Shown here: positions 28,469 through 38,306 of the stretch, piece after piece
Layout: every line of letters begins with the position of its first letter
Numbering within the stretch: the first letter of the stretch is position 1
Assembly: GCA_043809315.1 (NCBI GenBank)
Contig: JAZDDX010000039.1
Span: 43,918 to 107,917, forward strand
Direction of reading: 5' to 3'
DNA from: Pseudomonadota bacterium
GTDB lineage: Bacteria > Bdellovibrionota_G > JALEGL01 > DATDPG01
DNA: 64,000 nucleotides
The notes under the pieces: model-generated
The model's database searches: none
What the model was told of the DNA's origin: nothing
What the model saw: the letters and a program-made list of their open reading frames with translations, nothing else
Position numbers and translations under genes: made by a program

Positions 28469-30549
28469 GCGTCCGGCTGGTCTTCGCCCTTCACTTCCAT
28501 CAGCCGATCGGGAACTTCGACTCGGTCTTCGAGGATGCGCTCGCCAAGTGCTACGCTCCGATCGTCGAGGCGTTCGAACGTCACCCGAAGGTTCGGGCCG
28601 CCTTCCATCTTTCGGGATGTCTTCTGGAATGGCTCGAATCGCATCACCCCAAGTTTCTCGACCGGGTGTATCGGTTGGTCTCCTCCGGCCAAGTCGAGCC
28701 TTTGGGCGGCGGGTTCTACGAACCGATTCTTTCCGTGATCCCACGGGAAGACGCCCTCCGCCAAATCGCGCTCTTGAACGCCTTCTGGAAATCACGCGTC
28801 GGCATCACCCCCCAAGGGGCCTGGCTCTCGGAAAGGGTTTGGGAGCCAGGGCTCGCCGAACTCCTCTCGGAAGGGGGGATCCGTTACACGATCCTCGACG
28901 ATCAGCATCTCCGCTTCGCCGGGATCGTCCGGGACCGGATGACCGGACTCTTCGTGACCGAGCGGTTCGGCAAGGCGCTCGCCTTTTTTCCTTCCGACTA
29001 CAAGCTCCGCTACCTGATCCCGTTCCGGCCGATCGACCGCGTTCGGGAGCACTTTGACGCGTTGGCCGAGGGATCGCGCGAAACGATCCTCACGTACGGT
29101 GACGACGCCGAGAAGTTCGGCCTCTGGCCGGGGACCCATCAATGGGTTTTCGTCGAGAAGTGGCTCGAACAGTTTTTCCTCTACCTCGAAGAGGAGAACG
29201 CCCCGGTCCGAAGTGTCCAGCCGGGGGAGATCTTCCGTCTGAAACCGCCGGCGGAGAAGGTCTACATCCCGAACGCGGCGTACTCCGAGATGCTGGAGTG
29301 GGCTCTCCCCTTCGAGTCGGTCCCGGCTTACACCAAGCTTCGCGACACGTTCCAAACGACGAACTCCGACGAAGCGGTGAAATCGTTCGTCCGCGGAAGC
29401 CTCTGGGACATGTTCTTGGCGCGCTACCCCGAATCGAACCAAATGCTCAAACATGTCATCCGCACGTCGACGCGGGTCCGTGCGCTTCCGGAAGGAAAAG
29501 CGAAGAAGCGCGCTTACCCGTTGGTCCTCCGCGCGCAGTGCAATTGCGCGTATTGGCACGGCCTCTTCGGCGGGATCTACCTCCCGCACCTCCGGCACGG
29601 CGTCTACCAGAACGTGATCGAGGCGGACTCGATCCTCTTGGGGGATCTCGGGTCGAAGACGAAGGTCGAGGTCGAGGATTACGACGGCGACCTGGAGGAG
29701 GAGATCATCGTCTCTTCCAAGACGCTTCAAGCCTTTTTCCGCCCGGGGGACGCCGGAACGATGGCGGAGCTCGATTTTCTTCCTTCCCGCTACAATGTCA
29801 CCAACCTCGTTTCCCGGTGGAAAGAGAGCTACCACTCCGGGAACGACATCACGCATTCCCACGCAGCTTCGGACGGTCCGGCGTCGCCGCACGAACTCTC
29901 CGTGGGGATTCGTCCCTCCGATCTCGCGAACGCGACCTTCGACGAACTTCCCCTCCGCTCCCTGCGCGATTTTCACATCACCGGAGAGTTCGATCCCCAC
30001 CGCTTCCGGAAATGGAACGATGTCGCTTTCGCCCGCGGTCGAATGGAACGGTGGGCGACTCACGCCGCCGGCTGGAGCGGTCACCATGCCATCGGATCGC
30101 TGCGGTACGGGAAAGAAGTCCGGATCCACGAGTCGAACACGCTGGCTTGTCGATGGACCGTCGATCCGACGCAATCGATGGACGGCACTTTCGGAACTCT
30201 CTTCGCCTTCACGCTTCTCACTCCGGACGCGGCCGACCGACGCGCGGAGGTCGAGGACACCGACGGACCGGCGAGGATCGGCAAACCGGGGGACGAATTC
30301 GATCGCCCGGAGGTCACCCGCGTCACCTGGGAGGATTTCGCCTTCGGTTTCGGCTTCGACCTGACCTTCTCCGTCCCGCCGCGCATGGTTTCCGTGCCGA
30401 TTCGGACGTTTCAGCGCTCGGAAAAAGGGTACGAGGCGGTCTATCAGGGGACACTCCTGGCCGCCCTCTGGCCGGTCAGCGCCCTCTTGGGGGACGGTGT
30501 CACAGCCGGGATTCGGTTTCGTTCTCTTGTGGACAGGAGGGAAAAGTAG
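28465..30549 (+). CDS. GH57 4-alpha-glucanotransferase/alpha-amylase
   Basis: HFHQPIGNF, GGFYEPIL, WLSERVWEP, GDDAEKFGLWP, AYWHGLFGGIYLPHLR, SEKGYE-x-VYQG. Confidence 0.9.
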   Translation: MSVRLVFALHFHQPIGNFDSVFEDALAKCYAPIVEAFERHPKVRAAFHLSGCLLEWLESHHPKFLDRVYRLVSSGQVEPLGGGFYEPILSVIPREDALRQIALLNAFWKSRVGITPQGAWLSERVWEPGLAELLSEGGIRYTILDDQHLRFAGIVRDRMTGLFVTERFGKALAFFPSDYKLRYLIPFRPIDRVREHFDALAEGSRETILTYGDDAEKFGLWPGTHQWVFVEKWLEQFFLYLEEENAPVRSVQPGEIFRLKPPAEKVYIPNAAYSEMLEWALPFESVPAYTKLRDTFQTTNSDEAVKSFVRGSLWDMFLARYPESNQMLKHVIRTSTRVRALPEGKAKKRAYPLVLRAQCNCAYWHGLFGGIYLPHLRHGVYQNVIEADSILLGDLGSKTKVEVEDYDGDLEEEIIVSSKTLQAFFRPGDAGTMAELDFLPSRYNVTNLVSRWKESYHSGNDITHSHAASDGPASPHELSVGIRPSDLANATFDELPLRSLRDFHITGEFDPHRFRKWNDVAFARGRMERWATHAAGWSGHHAIGSLRYGKEVRIHESNTLACRWTVDPTQSMDGTFGTLFAFTLLTPDAADRRAEVEDTDGPARIGKPGDEFDRPEVTRVTWEDFAFGFGFDLTFSVPPRMVSVPIRTFQRSEKGYEAVYQGTLLAALWPVSALLGDGVTAGIRFRSLVDRREK

Positions 30550-31599
30550 ATGTCGGAGTTACGACGGTCATTGACGGGACGTTGGGTGATCATCGCGGCG
30601 GAGCGGGCCAACCGGCCGAACGCGTTCCGAACCTATTCGCACGTGAAAGATCCGAAGGAGACCTGCCCCTTCTGCCCGGGTCACGAACACATGACCCCGC
30701 CGGCTGTCTTGAGCCGGACGACCGAGGGGACTCCGGGATCTTGGAAGGTCCGCGTGATCCCGAACCGCTTCCCGGCGCTCCGGATCGAGGGGTCGCTCGA
30801 CAAGCGCTCCGAGGGGATCTACGACAAGATGGCCGGCGTCGGCGCGCACGAAATCGTCATCGACACCGCCGACCACGACGCCGACTTCGCCGATTTCTCA
30901 CTGGAGCAGCTCTCCGAGCTGATCGCCGCGTACCGGGACCGGACGCTCGATCTCTTACGCGACAAGCGGTTCCGGTACGTGATGATTTTCAAGAATTCCG
31001 GGCACGCGGCCGGGGCGACCCTCTCCCACTCGCACTCGCAGTTGATCGCCCTGCCGGTTATCCCGGCGCAGATCGAGAGGGAGATCTCGTCGGCCAAAAA
31101 ATATTACCAGTTCCGCGGGCGCTGTTTGTACTGCGACGTCGTCGGGCAAGAAACCGCAGAGGGGAAACGGCTGGTGGTCATGAACCACGACTTCGCCGCC
31201 TTCACGCCGTTCGCCGGACGCTTCCCGTTCGAGATCCATCTCCTTCCGAAGACGCACATCCCCTATTTCTGGGAGATCACGCCGCGGCAAATCGAGTCGT
31301 TTGCGGAGCTTCTGCGGGACACGCTCCGCCGGTACAAGCTGTCGCTCAAGAACCCGCCGTACAGCATCATCATCCACACCTCCCCGCCCGACTTCCAGCA
31401 CCCGGAGTGCTATCACTGGCACGTCGAGATCATGCCGAAGCTGACCGAAACCGGCGGGTTCGAGTGGGGGACCGGCTTCTACATCAACCCGACCCCCCCG
31501 GAGGACGCCGCATCCCATCTGCGCGATCTCGATCGGTCGATGAACGTCCCGAAGAACTACCTTCTCTCGCCGGCGGAGGTGATCGATCATGGCTCTTGA
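30550..31599 (+). CDS. galT: GalT-like nucleotidyltransferase (HIT family)
   Basis: ERANRP, CPFCPG, PNRFPAL, GAHE, KNSGHAAGATLSHSHSQ, GFEWGTG. Confidence 0.88.
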   Translation: MSELRRSLTGRWVIIAAERANRPNAFRTYSHVKDPKETCPFCPGHEHMTPPAVLSRTTEGTPGSWKVRVIPNRFPALRIEGSLDKRSEGIYDKMAGVGAHEIVIDTADHDADFADFSLEQLSELIAAYRDRTLDLLRDKRFRYVMIFKNSGHAAGATLSHSHSQLIALPVIPAQIEREISSAKKYYQFRGRCLYCDVVGQETAEGKRLVVMNHDFAAFTPFAGRFPFEIHLLPKTHIPYFWEITPRQIESFAELLRDTLRRYKLSLKNPPYSIIIHTSPPDFQHPECYHWHVEIMPKLTETGGFEWGTGFYINPTPPEDAASHLRDLDRSMNVPKNYLLSPAEVIDHGS

Positions 31600-33091
31600 A
31601 GTATGGATGGTCAGCGCGGAATTGAGCCCATTGGCTCGCACCGGCGGCCTGGGGGACGTTCAGCGGGCTCTGCCGAGCGCCCTCGCGGGGCTCGGCGTGC
31701 ATGTCCGGCAATTCATCCCGGCCTACGGCTTCGTGAGCCGCACCGGGTTCGCCGAGGATCCTGAACGACTCGAGATCCCGCTCGATAAGGTGAAGCTCCC
31801 GGTCCGTTTCTGGTCCCGCACGGAGCCGACCGGCGTCACGACGACGCTGGTCGCGTGCGACGAGCTGTTCGGCCGTGACGAGATCTACGGCCCTCCGGGA
31901 GGGGAGTTCCCCGACAACCCGCGACGTTTCACCTTCTTCTGCCGCGCCGTCACGGAGTTGGCGCACCAATCCCACCGGGCGCCCGACGTGATCCACTGTC
32001 ATGACTGGCCGGCCGCCCTCATCCCCCTCTTCGTGAAAAAACTCTACACCTGGACCGATCACCGTCCCGCGACGGTCTTCTCGATCCATAACCTCGCCTA
32101 CCAGGGGCGGTTCATGGCCCGCCACATTCAGTGGCTGTCGCTGAACGGGGCACAGACGCAGGAGATCTTCTCCCCCGACGGACTCGAGTATTACGGCGAC
32201 GTGAGCTTCATGAAGGCGGCGCTCCTCTACGCGGATCATCTCGTCACCGTAAGCCCCACCTACGCTCACGAGATCCTGACCCCCGAATTCGGTTGCGGCC
32301 TGGAGGGGATTCTTCTTTCCCGAGCCCACGCGTTGACCGGCATCTTGAACGGCGCCGACGAGCGCGTATGGGACAGCGCGAACGACCCGCTCCTTCCGAA
32401 GGCGTACGACGTGAACACGGTCACCGAAGGAAAGAAGGCGGCGAAGCGGATCGCACAGAAAGAGCTCGGGATGGCGGTCAGCGAGCGATTGACCCTGGCG
32501 CTGGTCGGGCGGTTTGCGTACCAGAAAGGGATCGACGTTCTCCTGGAAGCATCGCTCAAGATCATCGGGCAAGGGGTCGATCTCATGATCGTCGGGGACG
32601 GCGATCCGGCTCTGGCCCGTGACGTGCTCACGCTCCGAAAGGATCTTCCGAACCGGGTCGGGGTTTATGTCGGGTACGACGACCGGATGGCTCACGTGGT
32701 GATGGCTGCGGCCGATCTGGTCGCTGTTCCGTCCCGATACGAGCCGTGCGGGCTGACGCAGATGCATGCGCAGAGATACGGCACGATACCGATCGTCCAT
32801 TCAACCGGTGGTTTGGCCGACACGGTCACGGACGCCGACGAGAACCCGAAGAATGGGAACGGCTTCCGCTTCACGCCACTCAATGCGGTGAAGCTGCTGG
32901 ACGCGGTCCGTCGCGCGGTCGATTGCCATCATACGGACTCGAAGCGCTGGAGCGCGATCCAGAAACGGGGGATGACGAAGTCGTTCTCCTGGACCGATGC
33001 CGCGAAGAAGTACCTGACGGTCTACCGCGAGCTCGCCGATCAGCCTTCGACCGGGAAGTCGGACGTCTTGGCCCCGGCCGTTGTTAGATAG
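31589..33091 (+). CDS. glgA: Glycogen synthase (GT5)
   Basis: RTGGLGDV, HCHDW, HNLAYQG, TVSPTYA, GILNG, QKG, PSRYEPCGLTQ, TGGLADTV. Confidence 0.93.
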   Translation: MALEVWMVSAELSPLARTGGLGDVQRALPSALAGLGVHVRQFIPAYGFVSRTGFAEDPERLEIPLDKVKLPVRFWSRTEPTGVTTTLVACDELFGRDEIYGPPGGEFPDNPRRFTFFCRAVTELAHQSHRAPDVIHCHDWPAALIPLFVKKLYTWTDHRPATVFSIHNLAYQGRFMARHIQWLSLNGAQTQEIFSPDGLEYYGDVSFMKAALLYADHLVTVSPTYAHEILTPEFGCGLEGILLSRAHALTGILNGADERVWDSANDPLLPKAYDVNTVTEGKKAAKRIAQKELGMAVSERLTLALVGRFAYQKGIDVLLEASLKIIGQGVDLMIVGDGDPALARDVLTLRKDLPNRVGVYVGYDDRMAHVVMAAADLVAVPSRYEPCGLTQMHAQRYGTIPIVHSTGGLADTVTDADENPKNGNGFRFTPLNAVKLLDAVRRAVDCHHTDSKRWSAIQKRGMTKSFSWTDAAKKYLTVYRELADQPSTGKSDVLAPAVVR

Positions 33092-35163
33092 CAGCTCTTT
33101 ACGTAGTCCATCACCATCCGGTCGGAGTTGTAACGAACCCCCAACGTGCCGAGCGCGTGCAGGATCCGCTCGATCCAGCGCGTGGGAACCCCTTCCGGAG
33201 ACCGCTCGTAGAAATCAGGAATGACCTGCTGTTCGAGCGTGTCGAGAAGATCGCCCGCGTCTCACTGATCCTGGACCGTCGGGTCGGTGTGCGTGAGGCC
33301 GTTGCCGAACGCATACCCGTTCTTCCCGTCGAACGCCTCCGCCCACCAGCCGTCGAGCGTCGAAAGATTCAGAGTCCCGTTGAAGATCGCCTTCTGACCG
33401 CTCGTCCCGCACGCTTCCAGCGGCCGGCGCGGGTTGTTGAGCCAGAGATCGCACCCCTGGACCATCCGCCGCCCCATGTTCATGTCGTAGTTCTCGAGCA
33501 GGAAGACCCGCCCTTTGAACTTCGGATCCCGCGCGAACTGACAGATCTGCCGCAGGAGGATCTTCCCCACCTCGTCGTTCGGATGCGCCTTCCCCGCGAA
33601 AACGAGCTGCACCGGCCGCATCGGATCCGAAAGAATCCGGGCCAGGCGGTCGGGATCGCGGAAGATCAGCGCCGGGCGCTTGTACTCGACGAACCTCCGC
33701 CCGAACCCGATCGTCAACGCCTCGGGGTTCAGTTCGGTTACCGCCTTCGTGAATCCGACCCGCTCCGCCCGTGCGGAGAGTCGTTTCCCCGCGAAACCGA
33801 CGAACGAGCGCTTGATCGCGCACTTGGCGTCCCAGACTTCGAACGGGTCGGCGCTGTAGATTCCATCCCACGTGCTGGAACGGCAGAGGCGCGTGAGCCA
33901 CCCTTGCCCCAGATGCCGGTCGAAAAACTGAGCCATCCTCGGATGGATCCAACTCGGGACATGCACTCCGTTGGTGATGTGCCCGATCGGAACTTCCGTA
34001 TCGCTCCGCCCCGACCAGAGATCGCGCCACATCGTCCGGCTGACCTGCCCGTGGAGCGTCGAGACGGCGTTCGACCGATGCGCAAGCTTGAGAGCCAGAA
34101 CCGTCATGCAGAACGTCTCGTTCGGATCCCCCGGACGGATCCGGCCCAATCCCAGGAACCCTTCGCGGTTCAAGCCCAGACGATGATAGAGCGGCGCCAG
34201 GTGCTCATCGACCAGGTTCGGCGGGAAGCGGTCGTGTCCCGCCGCCACCGGCGTGTGGGTCGTGAAGATCGTCTGTCGCCGCACTTTGTCCGCGGCGGCG
34301 TTGAAGCTTAACCCTTCCTCCTCCATCGCATCCGTCACCGCCGCGATCGTCGCAAAGGCGCAGTGCCCCTCATTGAGATGGATCACCCCCGGGCGGATCC
34401 CGAGCGCTTTGAGAGCATAATAACCGCCAACCCCGAGGATCAACTCCTGCAGAAGCCGGGACTTCTGGTCGCCGCCGTACAGGCGCTTCGCCAGCGGATG
34501 CTTTCCGGAGGCGTCGCTCCCCTGGTACCCCTCGAGGAGGAGAAGGTTCGCCCGACCGACGTTGGTCCACCATACGTCGACCGAGATCTTCCCGGAATTG
34601 ACCGGGAACTCGACCGTGAGCGGCTTCCCGTCCGGACCGTTCACCCGCTCGATCGCCACGCGCCGCAGGTCGAGATCCTGATAGACCTCCTGTTGCGTGC
34701 CGTCGGCGTCCAGGTGCTGCAAAAAGTATCCTTCGCGGTAGAGAAGACTCACCCCCCAGATCGGGATCCCGAGGTCGGAGCTGCTCTTCAAGTGATCGCC
34801 GGAAAGAATCCCCAAACCGCCGGAGTAGATCGGAATCGATTCGTGCAGACCGAACTCCGCGCAGAAATAGGCGATCGGTCGCGCGGTTAGGGAGGGTGCC
34901 AAGCGAGCGGCCCAGTGCCGTTGCGAAGCCACATAGCCCCGAAGAGAGGCGCAGGCCCGTTCGAGACGGACCCGGTAATGCGAGTCGTTGGCACGCGCCT
35001 CCACCTTGGCGGCGTCCGCCTCCAGAAGGAAGGCGGTGGGGTTGTGGTTCACCTCCGTCCAGAGCGGATCGTCGATCTCCCGGAAGAGGAAATCGAATTC
35101 GCCGTTCCAGGTCCATCGAAGATTGGCCGCTAGTTCCGCTAACAGTTCACGCGTCGACGACAT
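33040..35163 (-). pseudogene. glgP: Alpha-glucan phosphorylase with one in-frame TGA at 33262-33264
   Basis: YSGGLGILSGDHLK, RLYGG, NEGH, TTHTPV, TNGVH, GKAHP, EACGTSGQK, DGWWAE. After the TGA the same frame continues DAGDLLDTLEQQVIPDFY...RWIERI...YNSDRMVMDYVKSCY to a stop at 33040. Confidence 0.85.
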
Positions 35164-35235
35164 GCCTTAGTAGATTATCGCAACAATCGGGTGACACAAA
35201 GTGTATTGGGACACCTTTCTGATGGTGTCCCCCGA

Positions 35236-35931
35236 TTAAAGGCCGAGGAATTCGATCGCGAGGCCGGAGAGGAGAAGCGTGAACCCTGCGATCGCATGGC
35301 TGTATTTCTCGAGCGGGGCGAAACGGATTCTTTGAACCCCCAACACCCCGAGCCCCACGAAGACGAGCATCGTCCCGATCGTGGCGAGGCTGAACAGGGC
35401 CGTGACCCAGATGAGCCCCAGATAATCCCCTTTGGCCGCCGGATACATGATGAGCGGAATCATCGGTTCGCAGGGGCCGAAGACGAAGATGATGAACATG
35501 ATCCAGGTGGTTCGCGAAACGGCGTGCTCTCCGCCCTGGCCGTGCTGATGATAGTGCGGAACGCCGTCCCCGTGGTGGTGTTCGTGCAAGTGGCGTTGTG
35601 CCTTGGGCCGGATCGCGCGGACCAGCCCCCAGACTCCGTACACCAGACCGAATCCGATCAGGAGCCACGCGGCGATCGCCCCCCGACTCGCCTCGAGCCA
35701 CTGCACCTTGGAGATCCCGACCCCCGCCGCCACGCCGACCAGCGCGATCGCAATCGAGCTTGCGATATGCCCCACACCGCAACCGAGTGTGATCCAGAGC
35801 GCCTTCTTGAGCGACCAGTTCCCTGCCCGCGCCAGCGCGATGAACGGAACGTAGTGGTCGGGACCAGCGGCGGCGTGGATCACACCGACCGTCAGCGTGG
35901 AGAGAAGCAATATTTCGGTACCGGTCGTCAC
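35236..35931 (-). CDS. His-rich nickel/cobalt transporter-like membrane protein (NiCoT/UreH/RcnA-like)
   Basis: HAAAGPDHY motif, His-rich loop HLHEHHHGDGVPHYHQH, GPCEP; directly follows hypE. Confidence 0.75.
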   Translation of the reverse strand: MTTGTEILLLSTLTVGVIHAAAGPDHYVPFIALARAGNWSLKKALWITLGCGVGHIASSIAIALVGVAAGVGISKVQWLEASRGAIAAWLLIGFGLVYGVWGLVRAIRPKAQRHLHEHHHGDGVPHYHQHGQGGEHAVSRTTWIMFIIFVFGPCEPMIPLIMYPAAKGDYLGLIWVTALFSLATIGTMLVFVGLGVLGVQRIRFAPLEKYSHAIAGFTLLLSGLAIEFLGL

Positions 35932-36981
35932 TCAGCAGATTCTCGGCAACTGTTCCCCGCTCAATAAGTCGATCACCCGTTTCGTCCCGAGCTTCGTCGT
36001 CATCGTGACCGACGGCGCCCCGGCTTCGATTACCTCCCCGATCACGGCGGCTCCGGCGGAAACCGGCTCCTTCTTCAGAACCGAAACCGCCCGTTCCGCT
36101 TCGTTCCCCGGAACGAACGCCACGAACCTTCCTTCGTTCGCCACGTAGAGCGGATCGAGGCCCAGAATCTCGCACGCGGCCGAAACCCCCTCGATGATCT
36201 GGATCTCTTTTTCGCGAATTCCGATCCGGATCGCCCGGGTCCGGGCGATCTCGTTCAGAGCCGAGGACAGCCCTCCGCGCGTCAGGTCCCGCAGGCAGTG
36301 GACCGTGATCCCGGCATCCAGGAGCCGGTGGACCGCCGGCCAGAGGTGGGCGCAATCACTTTGAACGACCGTCTCGAACGACAACCCCTCCCGGGCCGAC
36401 ATCACGGCGATCCCGTGTCGCCCGAGGTCGCCACTCACGATCACAGCGTCCCCCGCCTTCACGTTCCGCGGGTGGATATCGGCGTTCAGCCGGATCACGC
36501 CGATCCCCGACGTGTTGACGTAGAGGCCGTCCCCCTTCCCGCGTTCGACCACTTTGGTGTCCCCCGTCACCAGCGCCACGCCGACCTCCTCGGCGCTTTT
36601 CGACATCGATTGGGCGATCCGCTCCAAGCTTCCGATGTCGAACCCCTCCTCGAGGATGAACCCCGAAGAGAGCGCCAATGGCTCCGCCCCCGCCATCGCG
36701 AGGTCGTTCGCCGTCCCGCAAACGGCGAGCTTGCCGATATCCCCGCCGGGAAAGAAGAGCGGCCGGACGACATACGAGTCGGTCGTGAACGCCAGACGCT
36801 CGCCGCCCAAATTCATCGTGGCGGCGTCGTGCGAGGCCTGCAGCCTCTGGTCTTCGAACGCCTTCACGAAAACGTCGCGGATCAGATTGTGCATCAGGGA
36901 ACCGCCCCCTCCGTGCGCGAGCAGGATCGTCGAACCGGGCGGAATGGGGGCCGGGCATTCGGGTTTGAACTCTTTCTTCAT
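35932..36981 (-). CDS. hypE: Hydrogenase maturation protein HypE
   Basis: [41 protein letters not shown]-terminal LPRIC; true start MKKEF overlaps the hypD stop. Confidence 0.95.
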   Translation of the reverse strand: MKKEFKPECPAPIPPGSTILLAHGGGGSLMHNLIRDVFVKAFEDQRLQASHDAATMNLGGERLAFTTDSYVVRPLFFPGGDIGKLAVCGTANDLAMAGAEPLALSSGFILEEGFDIGSLERIAQSMSKSAEEVGVALVTGDTKVVERGKGDGLYVNTSGIGVIRLNADIHPRNVKAGDAVIVSGDLGRHGIAVMSAREGLSFETVVQSDCAHLWPAVHRLLDAGITVHCLRDLTRGGLSSALNEIARTRAIRIGIREKEIQIIEGVSAACEILGLDPLYVANEGRFVAFVPGNEAERAVSVLKKEPVSAGAAVIGEVIEAGAPSVTMTTKLGTKRVIDLLSGEQLPRIC

Positions 36982-38069
36982 GGCGTGTTCCTCCGATAGC
37001 GGTGGTAGGCGGCACAGGCCCCTTCGGACGACACCATCGGTGCCCCCAGGGGGCGCTCCGGTGTGCATCGGGTCCCAAACACCTGACATTCCTGCGGCTT
37101 CCGGACCCCCTGGAGCACGAGGCCGGCGATACACTCTTTCGATTCCTCGCTCCGAACTTCGGAAGTGGGGAAACGAGTTTCCGCGTCGAATTCGGCAAAC
37201 TCCTCCGAAAGACCGAAGCCGCTCTGCGGGATTTCTCCGATCCCCCGCCATTCCCGCGCCACCACCCGAAACACCTTTCGGAGAAGCTCTTGCGCGGGAC
37301 GGTTCCCCTCCCTGCGCACCGATCGGGTGTACTGGTTTTCCACCTCCGCCCGCCCTTCTTCGAGCTGCGAGACCGTCATCAACACCCCTTGCAGGATGTC
37401 GATCGGTTCGAACCCGGTGACGACGATCGGAACCCGGTACTTCTTCGAAAGCGGCTCGTACTCTTCGAACCCCATCACCGTGCAGACGTGCCCCGCTGCC
37501 AGGAACCCTTGCACGCGGTTCATCGGGGAGGAGAGGATCGTTTCCATGGCGGGCGGAACCAGCACGTGCGAGACGAGAACCGAGAAGTTCTTGAGACCCA
37601 GACGCTTCGCCTCCGCAATCGCCATGGCGTTGGCCGGCGCCGTCGTCTCGAAGCCGACGGCGAAGAAAACCACCTCCCGATCGGGGTTCTCCCTCGCGAC
37701 ATGGATCGCGTCGAGCGGCGAATAAACGATCCGGACATCGGCCCCGTTCGCCTTCGCCACCTGGAGACTCTCTGTGGTCCCCGGGACCCGGATCATGTCG
37801 CCGACGGAGAGAAAGATCACTCCCGGCTTCTTTGCGATTGCGATCGCCCGATCGATCTTCTCGATCGGCGTCACGCAGACCGGGCATCCCGGCCCGTGGA
37901 TCAGGGAGATCTTCTTCGGAAGGAGCTGATCCAACCCTTCCTTCAAGATCGTGTGTGTCTGCCCGCCGCAGACCTCCATGATCATCCACGGCTTCGTCGT
38001 CACCCGGGCCAGATTGTCCGCCAATTTGAGGGACAGTCGTGTGTCCCGAAATTCGCTGACGTATTTCAT
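36978..38069 (-). CDS. hypD: Hydrogenase maturation protein HypD
   Basis: [35 protein letters not shown]. Confidence 0.95.
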   Translation of the reverse strand: MKYVSEFRDTRLSLKLADNLARVTTKPWMIMEVCGGQTHTILKEGLDQLLPKKISLIHGPGCPVCVTPIEKIDRAIAIAKKPGVIFLSVGDMIRVPGTTESLQVAKANGADVRIVYSPLDAIHVARENPDREVVFFAVGFETTAPANAMAIAEAKRLGLKNFSVLVSHVLVPPAMETILSSPMNRVQGFLAAGHVCTVMGFEEYEPLSKKYRVPIVVTGFEPIDILQGVLMTVSQLEEGRAEVENQYTRSVRREGNRPAQELLRKVFRVVAREWRGIGEIPQSGFGLSEEFAEFDAETRFPTSEVRSEESKECIAGLVLQGVRKPQECQVFGTRCTPERPLGAPMVSSEGACAAYHRYRRNTP

Positions 38070-38302
38070 TCGGAAGCCTCGATCACTTCGCGGATCAGGG
38101 TGAGGGTCTTCTGCGCCTCCTCCTCGTCGAGTTTGGAAAGTGCAAATCCCACATGAACGATGACGTAGTCGCCGATCTCCGCGTCCGGAACGGTCGCCAG
38201 GGCCACCTCTTTCACCACCCCTCCGAAATCGACCTTCCCGATCCGAAGCGGGTTCTCCCCTTCGTTGATGCTTATGATCTTACCCGGTACCGCCAGACAC
38301 AT
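38066..38302 (-). CDS. hypC: Hydrogenase assembly chaperone HypC
   Basis: MCLAVPG start, [11 protein letters not shown]. Confidence 0.95.
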   Translation of the reverse strand: MCLAVPGKIISINEGENPLRIGKVDFGGVVKEVALATVPDAEIGDYVIVHVGFALSKLDEEEAQKTLTLIREVIEASE

Positions 38303-38306
38303 GGCT

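Noticed and set aside
29142-31625. 827-aa alternative-frame ORF and other long shadow ORFs (40636..42807, 44406..46181, 27110..28795, 17397..18971)
   Set aside because: They are Arg/Pro/Gly-rich or antisense translations overlapping well-supported genes, as expected in high-GC DNA.
33262-33264. Selenocysteine or genetic-code reassignment for the glgP TGA
   Set aside because: The position is not a Cys site, I see no convincing SECIS hairpin after it, and many neighbouring genes end normally at TGA.
36982-37989. 335-aa N-terminal extension of HypE in the ORF track
   Set aside because: It is an off-frame read-through of hypD; the real start is the ATG at 36981 overlapping the hypD stop.
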